Below, piece by piece: positions 14,578-27,600 of a DNA stretch of 64,000 bases. Under the pieces are notes generated by a model, which was not told the DNA's origin, ran no database searches, and was given only the letters and a program-made list of their open reading frames with translations. The stretch is from Cenococcum geophilum (lineage: Eukaryota): the NCBI GenBank assembly GCA_050273025.1, contig CP158635.1, forward strand, positions 12,896,001-12,960,000. The letters are read 5' to 3'. The position numbers and the translations under genes were made by a program. The number at the start of each line of letters is the position of its first letter. Positions within the stretch are counted from its first letter, which is position 1.

Positions 14578-14806
14578 ACGTGGTTAATGGGGTTTTAACC
14601 GCTCCCTAGGTTATAACCGTTTTGAACATTAAAACTTTACCTAGGTTATATCTATTACGCCTAGGTAAGCCTTATTACAACACACCGCCTTTTAAATATA
14701 TGTGTTACTTTAATTTTGGCAGAATAACAAAACTTTACTTAAAACAGCAGGCGGTACGCTAGCGCGGTTATAACCCAGGGAGTGGTCAAAACCCCGTTAA
14801 CCACGT
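14578..14806. mobile_element. MITE, Tc1/mariner superfamily (Fot1/pogo-type ends), 229 bp
   Basis: ~41-bp TIR acgtggttaatggggttttaaccgctccctaggttataaccg; TA TSD at 14576-77 and 14807-08; empty site seen in the Gypsy B copy near 35410-35425. Confidence 0.92.
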
Positions 14807-15657
14807 TACTTATTATAGTAATAACAATATTCTAGGCTTATATCTATAATTTACCTAAAATAGTAATATCTTTATACCTTCCTGTAGTGTTATATTATAT
14901 ATAAACTGTATAATTAGTAATAATAATACCTAATTATTTTATATATAGTTAATATAATATTTTAAATACTATTTTAGTGTCTAATTTAGTCTTTCCGTTT
15001 ATTTATCCGTCTATAGATAATATATAGTAGAAGTTGCTACTTAAACCCCCTATTCCGCCAAGAATACCTCCTAAAATACTACTATAAATCTTAAATCTCG
15101 GTTAAATATAATCTTATTTAATGCTCTATATTTTATAAATACTTCTTTAATATGGATTTTAGTAATATCTTCTACTAAGATTTCTTCTATATATGTTATA
15201 AAGTAGCCCTATTTAGTTAACTTATCTACTATTATAAGGATTATATTATACTCCTATCTGGTAATAGGATCTTTTAACTTTAGCAACTTTATAATAAAGT
15301 TCTATAATATTATCTTCTATAGACGTTCTGGTACTTTAATAGGCTATAGCTTTTTATACGGCTTATACCTTATTAGCTTATTCCTTTAGTAATCTAAATA
15401 TTTTTTATAACTTTTCCTGCTAAGCCCTAAATTCTATAAATAATATATTCCTCTTAAAGTCTTAATACTAAGCCTATAGCTCTATTATATCCTTATATTA
15501 TTTCCTTATAGAAATCTCTAATAAACTCTTCTACTATTCCCCTTAGGATATACATATTTATTCTTTACTTATACTAGTCTATTTCTAGGTCCTTAGATTA
15601 TACCTTTTAAAAAAAATTAATTTAATTACTTTCTAGTAACTCGTACTCTTAGGTTAC

Positions 15658-15877
15658 TATTTATATTAATTTAATAATATAAGTGAGTTATATCCAAGGG
15701 CACGAAATACGTGTAGTATCGTATGCTCTTTTAGATAGTGGTGACTGTTAATTCTATTGAGGTAGACTACGTAGTCTATATACTAACGCGCCCTCCCCCC
15801 TAATTAGTTATAAGTAAGTAGTTAGTGCACTAAACACGTAAGTACGCGTTTGGTACAATAGGTGCTATAATTATACA
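15658..15877 (-). repeat. 3' LTR of minus-strand Copia
   Basis: Near-identical to 21484-21703. Confidence 0.93.
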
Positions 15878-18800
15878 CTAGCGGTACTTAAAGATAGACC
15901 CACTTATATATAACCTCCGTAATTACTTTTAATAGGACCGTAAAACACAAAAGAAATATATAGGAAATCCCTCCTAAGGTGCCTTCTAGGCTGCCTTCTA
16001 AACGGTACCTTAAGCTGGCCATAAGTCCTACTTACGACCCGTAAAATAAACCGTACGGCCTTCTAACAGACTGTAAATAAACTATACAACCTTCTAATAG
16101 GCTATAAATAAACCGCAAGTACTCCGTTAGTCTCGTTCCACCCATTCTATAACCTTTAGATTAAGCTTATTTATATTAATTAGGGTTTTAAGAGCTTGGC
16201 ACGGCTTTACCTTAATTATAGCGTCCGCTAGGTTATCTCCGCTGCTAATTCATTTAACCTCTGTAATCTTACGTCGTTTATAGGCCTAATGTAAGCATAT
16301 TAGGTTAACTATAAGCCTCTTCTCTTATATCGTACCTAGTTTAACTATATAGTCGTAAAGGGACTTTAAATCGGTGCATAGAACTAGGGGTAATTACTCC
16401 AATTATAGAATCTTCTGGATTGTTAACTTAATTACGGCTCCTATATTAAAGCCATAAGCTAGTGCGTATAGCTCAGAAGCTAGTACACTATAGGTTACTT
16501 ATTTACATTTAATTAAAGACTAATATAGTATATTTGCGTCCTAATTATGGTCCGTAAGTATAATTATAAAGCCAATTTATAATAATAGGTCTCTATTATT
16601 AGTAAAGGAGGCGTCCGTAAATACCAGGACGCTAAGGGAATTTAGGTCTAGTAGTACAAAAGTAAGTCCTCTTATTATATTATTAATTTGCCACTAAATG
16701 TATTTGTTAAGCTGCTTAATATTTTCCTCTTACAGATATATTACCTAGGCCGTAAAGGATAGATTATAGGTAGATTTAGGTTAATAGACTATAGTAATAT
16801 AGGCGCCTCTTACACGCTATACAACGTATTAGTCCTTTATATTTACGGTCTTATGGGTCTCTCCGCGGGAACTAGTAAGGTTTATAGGCTTTACTATAAT
16901 AAGCCTTAGGTTTTGGGCTTAGCGTTCCTAAGTTAGCTAAATTAAGTTACCCTTTTGTGTAATTAAGCCTCTATTAAACTTAATTAGAGTCTACTTAGTT
17001 AACTGCTTTCACGGCTTTACTAAGAACTTTACCTCTTATAGTTTAGTCTCTTTAGCGTCCGCAAAAGTCCGGTCCGCTAAAAAGAGGGTATTATCTATTT
17101 AAAGTCTAACAATATTAAGGCCGTTTAATAGGGTATATAGGAGGCAGGGGTTATAGGTTAACTATTCCATTTTAAGTTTACTAACGTAATACTAGTAATA
17201 TATTTTGAACCTGTAGTTTCTAGCTTCTAGCACTCCGTAAAGGGGTTTTATAACCTATAAAATTATTCCTAGTTACATATTAAGCTTAAGGGGTGGTTAT
17301 ATATAGATATCTCTACTTAGGTAAATATTAAACTGTATATAGGCTTACGAGATATCCCGTAAGTATAGGGCTACAGGTTTGGTTTACTGTAGTCTAGGTA
17401 TAAGTGCAAGTATAATCCGTTAACTAACTTATTAAATTATAGGCAATTACGTAAGGACTAAGTCCTTTCCCTAGTCGTTATAAGCTTATATAACGAGCCT
17501 TAATTTCTTAAAGGCTTTATTAGTACCAGGGTGCTTAATCTTATTAACAAAGCATAAGTTAAATATACGGACGCCTTGCGGGACGTCTTTCTCCATTATA
17601 ACCGCAAAGATGCCCTTTTTAAGTAGTCCATTAATCTCTTTACGTCGTAAGTCTATAAAAGGGGTTTCCTATACTAAAACTAATATATCTATAGATAGGG
17701 TTTGTCTTATGGGTACGCCTACGGAGGTTAGGTAAATTTCCGTCATAGGGTGCTTTTAGGGGCATCCTCGGCCACGCTTTACGGCAGGCTTAGTAGGTTT
17801 AGTAGGTTTACAGGGGACTTTTAAAGTAGGTAAGGGTGCTTCTAGTTTATCTAGTTCAACGTTATAGGTGTTTTCTGACCGAAAATAGGGTTTTACAAAC
17901 GTGCTTCTAAAGCTAGCCGGTGCGCTAAAGAGTTATATATAGTATATTTCGTCTTCTATAGCTAGTAAATAATAAGGTCCAGTCCAATTGCCGCTTTTAC
18001 GCCATATAAGGACTTTAGAATTAAGCGGGAGGTTATATACTAAGGTTATATTAGGTCCGTTACAGTAGTACAAAGCACTATTAACGGTTTATTTAGCCCG
18101 TAATTTAACTATTTCGGCTATTACCTTCCATATTATAGCTGCTCGTTCCGTAATAGATAGGGCAGGAGGGCCTAGGTTGCTTATCCTTAAGTAAACTCCA
18201 TAAACTAAAAGGGTGGGTACTAGTCCGTTAGGGCTAGCAGTATTATTAACAGCTTTTATAGTCATTTATAAAGCTAGTTCCTTTTAAATATCCTTATACT
18301 CGTCTATAATAATCTAGTAAGCTCTCTATAAAGCTAGGTAAGCTTACTTAATAAGTCTAATAGACTAATACGCCTTAACTAGAACGGCTTTTATTAAAAT
18401 AGCCATAGCCGTAGCGTACTATTAAAATTCCTTACTAATAAAGTTCCTACTGGCATCGTAGGTAATATACTTAGGGGGTCCAACATATATATTAATCTAG
18501 CAGGTCCGTAAAATATCCTACGTATATTTTGTAGATATATTTTATAACCAACGGGCGGCTTAATAGCAGGTTACCTTATTAATTATATATAATACTAGGC
18601 TGCCGTTAATATATATAATGTCTACGTACACTAAGTAGTTAAAATTAAGGTCTTTATAAAGAGTGAACTTAAATCGGCCTAGGGAACGTCTATATTTCTA
18701 GCAGAAGAAGCAGTATTTAGTTAGGTAGTTAATTGCCTTCCTATTAACGTCGTTATATCCAGAGCGTTCTAGGACTCTATACAGCTTTTTAGCTAACGGG

Positions 18801-21483
18801 TGGCCGAAACAGCGGTACAGGCGGTGGATTTTAGTACTAGTAAGGTAACACGGGTTATAGTTAAAAGATTCCTAAATATAGGTCCGTAAAGTCTCTCCCT
18901 ATATAAGGAACGGGTGTCCAAATCGTTATATAATTAGTAGGGTGATATACTTACTTCCTAGGGCAGTTATAGGGCCAATTAGGGTGTCTGTAATATTATT
19001 ATAGTAAACCTATAACCTGTCTATGTCCGCGAGATAGAGTAGAAAAGGGGTATCCACTTTTACTACGTAAAAGTTAACTAGGCTAATTAAGGTCTTAACT
19101 ACAACTAATCCAATTAATACAGTTAAGCCGATACCGAATTAGACGTTTACGGCCCCAGTTTACATAGTATCAATATCCGTATTATCATTTATAGTGGTCT
19201 TATATACAAGGTATTGTCCGTAACCTATAATAGACTTCTTAGAAGCATCTATATCAATTATAACACTATAGAATTCTTTAGGGGTATAGCGTTCCGTAAT
19301 AATATATGCAAATAGGTCCTGTTCGCGGTCTGTAACATCTATAGCGGGTTTAGCGAGTATACTTATAGGCTAGTTTTAGGTGTAATTAAGTATATAAAGG
19401 AGCGGTCGGCTAATACGGTCGTAATATTAAAGGCTTAGCCGTCTGTAAAAGGTCCAAAAGTAGTTAGGAATATCTTTAAGGTCTTCTATTCCTAAGTATC
19501 TAAGTTAAAGTCAATTATAAGGGCTTCCATTAACTTATTAAGAGACTCCTCCACTTCTTCTCCTTTATAGTCTAAGATAAACTAGTTAATCCGATTATAA
19601 AATCTCTTCTTAAACTTATTACGTTCTTCCTAGGTATACCTTATAAACTAATATCCTTCCTTACCGCACACAAAGCACTTCTAGCTGGTTCGTCTATAGG
19701 GGTATACTTTTATACAGGAGTTGCTACAAGGGTTGCGAGCAGGACTTAGTTAGTGCGGGCACTACTAGCAGTAGCAGCGGTCCGTAAAGTAGGCGTCTAA
19801 GTTAGTTTATGGGTTTTACAGGTCTATAACAAAGGCTTAAGTACTGCCTAGCGGGTTTAAGACTTCGTACGTTACAATAAAGGACCGTAAATCGTTAATA
19901 AGGCCAGTTAGGATGTCTATAGGCTTATAATAGGCATATTTGCAGGGCTCTACTTCCTAGCAAGCCGTAATGAGTTTATTATACAGAAAGTCATCTATTT
20001 AAAGCTTAATATTAAGGCCGTGCTATAGGTGCCAAAGGTCTTTAATAAGAATTTACAAGCACTCTATAGTCGATTTTTCAGTGTTTTTATTAATTACGGT
20101 TCGTAACTTAATCGCATTCTATTATATAAGGATGTCACGCTTATATTCTAGCCCTTTAAAGTAGTTACGTATAGCTTTATATAGCTTATTAAAGAGCACC
20201 AAGGGGGTTACTCTTAAGGTTGGTGTAATAGTGGTTAAGGGCTAGGCCGCGCAGTATAGTAGAGTAGGCTTAGCTAAACTCCTATTTAGGGATATTAGCC
20301 TTCTAACAAAGGTCTATAAAGATAGTTAGTTTGAAGTTAAAGTTGTCGTTTTTACCGCTATACTTAAATTCGTCGATATAGAGCTTAGCTAGGTTAGCTA
20401 GCTCCTTACTATAGGTCTTTACTTAGGGGGTTTACGGATCTATAACTTAAGTAACAGAAGTATTTTAGTCCGTATTTTGGTTTACGGGGGTATTATAGTC
20501 CATAATTTAGGTTACGGGTATATTACGGTCCGTAACTTAAGTACTAGGTATACTTTAGCCTGTAAGATTAATCCTAAAACCGTTTGGGTTTATAGGACGA
20601 ATTTAGTTAAGTAGGTTAGGTATAAGGCTAGCAATTTTATTAAGTTTAAAAGAAGCAAATAGTCTACTAGTAGCTTTAACCTAGTCTAGGATTTCCTCTT
20701 TAGTTTATTCCGTTTAGTCTTTTTTATATATTATATTATATAAAGACCATATAATAGTAACTCATTTATCCCTTTTAACCTATATACCTTAGTGACGTAA
20801 AAGGGTTTATAGGTTACGGATAGTAACAAGGTTATAGGTTTTAAAAATAGCTTCCGTAAAGTCTATAAAGTCTTTTTAGTATTACTCCTATAAGTCGTTA
20901 TTTATAAGCTTAAAATATTTATATTTAAGGATTTTAAAATTAATATAGTCGTTAACATTAGGTATAGACTTAGTATTAACTCCCTACCTTTACTTCTTTT
21001 AACCTTTATTAATTTGCTTGCTTAGGTCTGCTATACTATATAACGTAATATATCCGTATAAGCTATAACGGATAGAAAGGTCTTATAGTGGTCTATAAAG
21101 GTAATTAACGGGTCCGTAATAGTTTGAGAGGTCATATAATAGTCCGTAAAGGTAATTAGTAGGTCCATAATAGTTTATAAGAGGGTAGGGGGTTTCTATA
21201 AGGGGTCCAAAAAGAGGTCGGGGTATTAAGGGAGGGTATAGTAGGAATAGGGGTTTAAGGTTTAAGAATAGGGGGTTTCTATAAAGGTCTATATTCGCGT
21301 CTATTACACTTCTAGTAAACCGTACTAAGACTTAAATAAGTATATAGAGATAGTGGTTTAGTCAATAATCCCCAACTTCCAACCTTCTAGCAGGTCGTAC
21401 TAGGATTAAACAGGTAGTCGCTGTTATGTATCGCTCGGGGGAGGTGTTAAGTAATTGCTAATCTATACACGCTCACTAATTAG

Positions 21484-21703
21484 TGTTTATATTAATTTAA
21501 TAATATAAGTAAGTTATATCCAGGGGCACGAAATACGTGTAGTATCGTATACTCTTTTCGATAGTGGTGACTGTTAATTCTATTGAGGTAGACTACGTGG
21601 TCCATATACTAACGCGCCTTCCCCCCTAATTAGTTATAAGTAAGTGGTTAGTGCACCAAACGCGTAAGTACGCGTTTGGTACAACAGGTGCTATAATTAT
21701 ACA
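21484..21703 (-). repeat. 5' LTR of minus-strand Copia
   Basis: TGTTT...ATACA termini; near-identical to 15658-15877. Confidence 0.93.
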
Positions 21704-24634
21704 GTTACTATAATCTTAGAATAATTATATCTAATTAATCTATTACTATCTCTATATAGCATCGCCCCTAATAGCTTTTTATTATTTTATAGTTTAGCCT
21801 TTCTACTTAATACGTTTACCCTTATATTCTTAGTGCCTTTAGTATACTAAATCTTAAAATAGTATTCCGTAAGTATCTCTACCTATTTAACCTATCTCTA
21901 GTTAAGTTCTTTTATTATTAGGAACCCTATTAGGTTTTTATAATCCGTCTTAACTATAAATAGTTTCTCTATACCTTATAAGAAAGCTCTTTATTTCTTA
22001 AGTACTGCGACTATACCTAATAACTCTTTATTATAGATGTTATGGTTTAACTCTAATAATGTTATCTTTTAACTATAGTATGCTACTAGATGCTATATAT
22101 TCTTATACTTTTATAGTAAATATACTCTAGGTATAAAGTCTAATATATTTATTTCTATAACCGTCTCTAACCCTAGTTAGTAAATTTTAAGGATTAGTTT
22201 CTAGGTAAATAATTTCTTAAGTTCTTAGAATAAGTTCTTTTATTTATTTCCCTAAACTTATAGTTCCTCTTTCTTTATAAGTCTAGTAAAGGGTTTAATA
22301 TTCTTTAACTATTATACTATAAACCTTTTATAGTAGTTATAAAACCCTAAAAATAACTTTAACTATATTATATTCTCTAGTTCTTACTAACTTACTATAG
22401 CTTTAATTTTCTTTAGGTCTATACTAATATGACCTAGTTTAATAATAAATCTAATAAAACTAGTCTTCCTAGTAAAGAACTTATATTTTTTAATTACTAC
22501 TAACATATATTTTTTTATAGTCTCCTTAAAACCTATTTAATATATTCTCCATATTCTTTCTTAGTTATTAAGTAGATAATAATAATATTAAGATATACTA
22601 TAATAAACTTATTAAGGTGTTTTCTTAATATACTATTAATTTACTTTTAGAATATTACTAGTGCGTTTATAAGTCCGAATTATATAACTAATAGCTTATA
22701 TAGTCCTTTCTTTAACCTAAAGGCTGCCTTTTATTTATTACCTTTCTTAATTCTAATCTAATAATATACCTATCTTAGATCTATCTTTATAAAGATTTGC
22801 GTATTACCTATCTAATCCTAGATTTTGCTAATTAAGGGTAAAGGATACCTATCCTTTCTAGTAATGCTATTTAACTGCCTATAGTTAATATATAGCCTAA
22901 GTTTTCTATTTTCTTTAGTATAAATAGTATTAGATATCCTACTAATAACTATAACGGTTTAATATATCCCTTTTATAAGTTCTTTTAGATAAACTCCTTA
23001 AGTGCTTTTAACTCTTCTTCTATTAGCTTATAAATTTAAAAAAAACTTTAAACTTATTTCTAGTTTTAATTCTATTTTATAGTCCTATACTATATACTCT
23101 ACTAACTTTTTACTTTTTAAGCTCTATAGCTTTTTACTATACTTATAGTATCTCCTTAGTATATAAGACAACCCCTTCTTAATTTCTTTATATATTGCTC
23201 CAACTTAGTACTATACTAACTTGGTTACTATACATTTCTAGCATTATTAAGTATCTTTAATATTAACTTAACCTATAACCTAATTAATCTTTAGATTATA
23301 TTTCTATAATTAAGGTATTTTTAATACTACATTATTCTGTCCTAATGGTAGGATATTAAAAGATATCTTAATTTATTTTCCTTTAATAGTTATTTAAATA
23401 GGTCCTATTTTAAGATTAATAATACCTCCTTTATAAACTATTAAATCTCCTAAAATTATAATTAATAGATAAGGGTGCTCCTTCTATTTATAAGGTAGTC
23501 CTATCTATTTTACTACTATTAGTAAAATATAGTTTCTTATTACTCTACTATCTACTAGTGCTTTAAATTACTAATCTTACTAATTAACTTTTAAATTTAG
23601 GTATTATCCTTAAATTCCTTTAAGGGTTTAAGGCTTTATTACTAGCTCCCTTTAGTTTTATAGGCCTTTACTTTTTCTAATTATTAGCTACTTAATTCTT
23701 ACGTACTTAGCTTATTCTTTAGCTAATACCTAGTTTACTTTTTATCCTCTATATACTATAGATATATATTCTTTAGGTATTCCTACTACTATTATTTATT
23801 TAAGTATTTTTCTATAAGGAATCTTTTTAGTTAAAGCATTAAGTTGCCTAACTCCTAAACTTCTATTAGATGCCATCTATATATATATTTAGCATTCCGG
23901 TATTATTACTCTTTTAGCGCCTAATATATTCTTATAGGGTACTTCTAATTCTTTTTTTATTAGGTTTTTATATATTTTATATATATTATCTATATATATA
24001 ATCTATGCTAATATATAATATACTAGGTGCTTTAGGTTAACTTTAAACTTATTTTTATCTTTAAGTTTAAACCTCTATCTCGTTAATCTAAACGTTATAA
24101 CTTTATTTATAGGTACTAAGATACGTCTTTTACTTCTCTAATCCTCTAATTATTCCTCTAGATCCTTTAATATTATAATTAAGGCTCCTTTAATATAAGT
24201 TATAGCCTTTTCTATAATTAGGTGGTTTTAAATAACTTATTTATCTAACTATATATAAAAATCTTCCTACTTATTATTGTATTGCTGCCTATACCACTTT
24301 TAGTATAGCTTCCTAAGTATATATAGCTTGTTCGTAAAGAAGTATCTTCTTATTACTATATTATTATAGCCCTTTATATATTATTCTTTAAATCTAGTTA
24401 AAATTCTTAAGTCTTTTTCCTACTCTAGTTTATCTAGCTATTTTACTCTTAGTGTTTCTGCCCTTAGCCTATTAGTAATTCTTTATATAAGTACTCTATC
24501 TCTTATATAACCTAATATACTAAATCTTTCATCTAGTTTTAGTTCTTACTACGCGAAAATTCTCTATCTAAATTCCTCTATAGTTTCTTTATTTGCTTAC
24601 CTTATAAATAAATTCTTAAAGTCTTCTTACTTCT

Positions 24635-27600
24635 TATAACGGGACTAGCCTAGTTATAGTAGGCATGTCTTGGTGAAACACTTAACAGATAAATTCCGAC
24701 GCTTTAACTAAATTCTGCCGAATTTTATTAGCTTAATCAACTTCTGCCAAGTTCTACTAGATTAATTAAATTCTACTAAAGTCCGTCGAAGACCGCGTGT
24801 ATATATACGTACGTATTGACCACCAAGACCCCTAACTATTTAATTATATAATTTTCTTGTTATTCCCTTCTCTTTTTACGCAATGTCTTATTCTCTATAA
24901 GAGCTATACCTATAGATTTAGATAGAATTTATATTATTCCTTTAAATCTGCCCCAAAGCCTCTTTGCGCCCTTATATTACGCTATATTAATACTAATACC
25001 CTTAAAATAGTAAACGAATTTAAATCCGCTACATTAACTATTATGGCCCTAGTTAGGGAATAAATAACTATAATATAATAGTCCTTTATAGATGCCTTGG
25101 CCTAGTAATAAGATATACTAGAAGCTTAGTATTAGTAATTAATTAAAGCAATACGCAAAGAACTCTACAACGCTAAAGTACTTATATTAGAGACCCTAGT
25201 ACTAACACCCTCTATAAATAAGATTAAAGCAACTATACCTAAGCCTAACCCGTTAAACACGAACCCTAAACTAGTAATAGTAGCTTAACTTATATCTCTA
25301 ATAAATCTAATACCCATTATAAAATCCAAAAAGCTTCCTAACCCTCTAATATTTAATAGAAATTAAAACAACCTATAACCCTTTATAACTAAGCTCCGAC
25401 TTAAACTTTTAATAAACTATAATTAATACCCTACTAAAGCTAGCAAAATTAGCTATGGAATGTCTTGTTTAAGTAAAGATGCTATATAAACTATAGACCT
25501 ATTTTTCTATAACGGCACCTTCGTTAACTTTAAAATCTTTATCTCTCTACTAGAACAAATATATAATAACGCTAGCTATAAATATACAGCTATTATAAAA
25601 CTTAAGAACCTGTAATAATGGAACTAAGACTTCGCCAGCTTCTTTTCGGAATTTTAAGGTTTTATTAGTGAGCTAAATTAAAACAAAGCTGCTAGAGTTG
25701 CTGTTTTTTAATAAGCTATTTTGGATAATATTAGAGCCTAATTAGTAGGTAAAGAACTGCCAAAAGACCTGCCCAAATTTGCTATAATGTGTTAACAAAC
25801 TAATAAGGACCTTTAATATAATAAACAGACTTATTCTTTAAAGCTAACTATACCTTACGTTTAAAGCTCTATAAAACCGGTATATACCCTAAAGCGCGAC
25901 CTGTCTTTAAAACCTAAAAGCCCTATATATAACCTTATAAACCTTAACGCCATTTAATCCTATATACCCTTAGGAACTAATAAATAAGGAATATAAGCTA
26001 TAAATAGAGAATGCTTTAGATATAATAAAAAGGGACATATTTAAAGGAATTGCCAAACTTACCCCTTTAAAAAGGTCCGCTGTAGTTCCTTTTAGTTCTT
26101 AAATTATACTTATTTTATAAATTATACTTAATCACCGCAAAGTATTTTACCTTTAGTTAACTTAAAAAATAAATCGTTCTAGGCTAAGTTGCGCCTTAGG
26201 ATAGAAAGTAGAAGAGTGTAAGTATTTAGGCTTTTTTAGCGCTAATATACGATATAACTCCCTTAATATATTTAGCGAAATTTAAATACTTAAAAAATAG
26301 AAGAAGGTATAAATCCTAATAGATAATAGAGCTACTAGTATAGGCTTTATTAATACGAATTACGCAAAAACCTAACGCCTAAATTTAAAGAAACTTAATA
26401 AGCCCTAAGGCCTATAAGGCTTTAACGGTAAACCCTTAATATATAGCGAATTAATATACTACGCTCTTATAAAATTGCAAATAGGTAAATACCTTAAATA
26501 CGTTTTTTTATTTATAATACCCCTAAAATATTATAAAGTAATACTTAAATACGGATAGCTAAAATAATATAACCCTTTAATTAGCTGGGTTAAAAAAATA
26601 CTTAAGTTCTATACGACCTACTACTAAAGCTATTATTTAAAATACTATCTGCTCTATAAATATGTATATAACTATTTAAATTTAATATAATATAAATTAC
26701 CCTTACTATAAACCTTAAACTAATATAATAAAGTTATAACTACTAATTGTGGTAAAGAATGTAAAATTAATATATTAAAACTCCTTAAAATTTATATAAT
26801 ATAAGCCGTACCCTTTTATTTATTAGTAAGAAAATAAGACTATAAGATCTTTACTATAATACTAGAAGATATTCTATATGGGGTCTATGCTTCCAGAGGT
26901 CACGCCTACTATATATAGCAGTCGTCCGGCCAACCATGACATATAGATCCAGTATTTGGGCCATTGGAGAAACTGAGAAGGGCCCCCCTAAATTACTCCT
27001 TAAACCACTTTAAAAGGTCCAGACAGCCTATTTCTAAAGTATTATAGGCGGGTACAAGCGAACGGCCATAGTACTGCTTGAGAAGGAATCCAATATTCCC
27101 CCCCTATAGTTATATATTAAAGCTGCTGTAATATAAAAAACATAAAATAAACGTAACTCTAATGTTATAAAGTATATTAAGACACGCCTAAGTAAACTAT
27201 AGAGGGACCTTAGGGTGCCCCGTAGGAGAATAAACCAATAACCCTAAAGTAGGGAAGAGATATTAGAGAAACAGGTAAAGAAAGCAGAAGAAAAATAGTG
27301 CCGCTTTAGGGCCCAGGCCTATATAAAGGAGAAAGGGAGACGCGTAAAAGGTCAGTAAAGACAATAGTAAGACAGAGAAAGGAGCTAAAGTAGAATATAT
27401 AAGAACGCTAGGAAACCATCTACCGTAATGCAATACTAGTTGGACCAACGCTAAAGAGGTAAATGGGAGTCAAAGGTACAGAGGCTAACTCAGGCAAGAT
27501 AAACCTAAGCCATAGTATAGTTAATACTATAGGGGGTAAATACCTAAGGGCTCTAAGAAGGCCTAATAAAGGTAAAAAATATAATAGTAACACTCTTAAG

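Larger units (their letters stand above)
15658..21703 (-). mobile_element. Complete fungal Copia-like LTR retrotransposon (second family), RIP-inactivated
   Basis: 220-bp direct LTRs; 5-bp TSD gttac at 15653-57 and 21704-08; minus-strand H(R)RFGHP (~18800), integrase before RT (SRLV.QAYND ~17480-17510) and RNase H (TDSKSL ~16360-16380). Confidence 0.93.
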
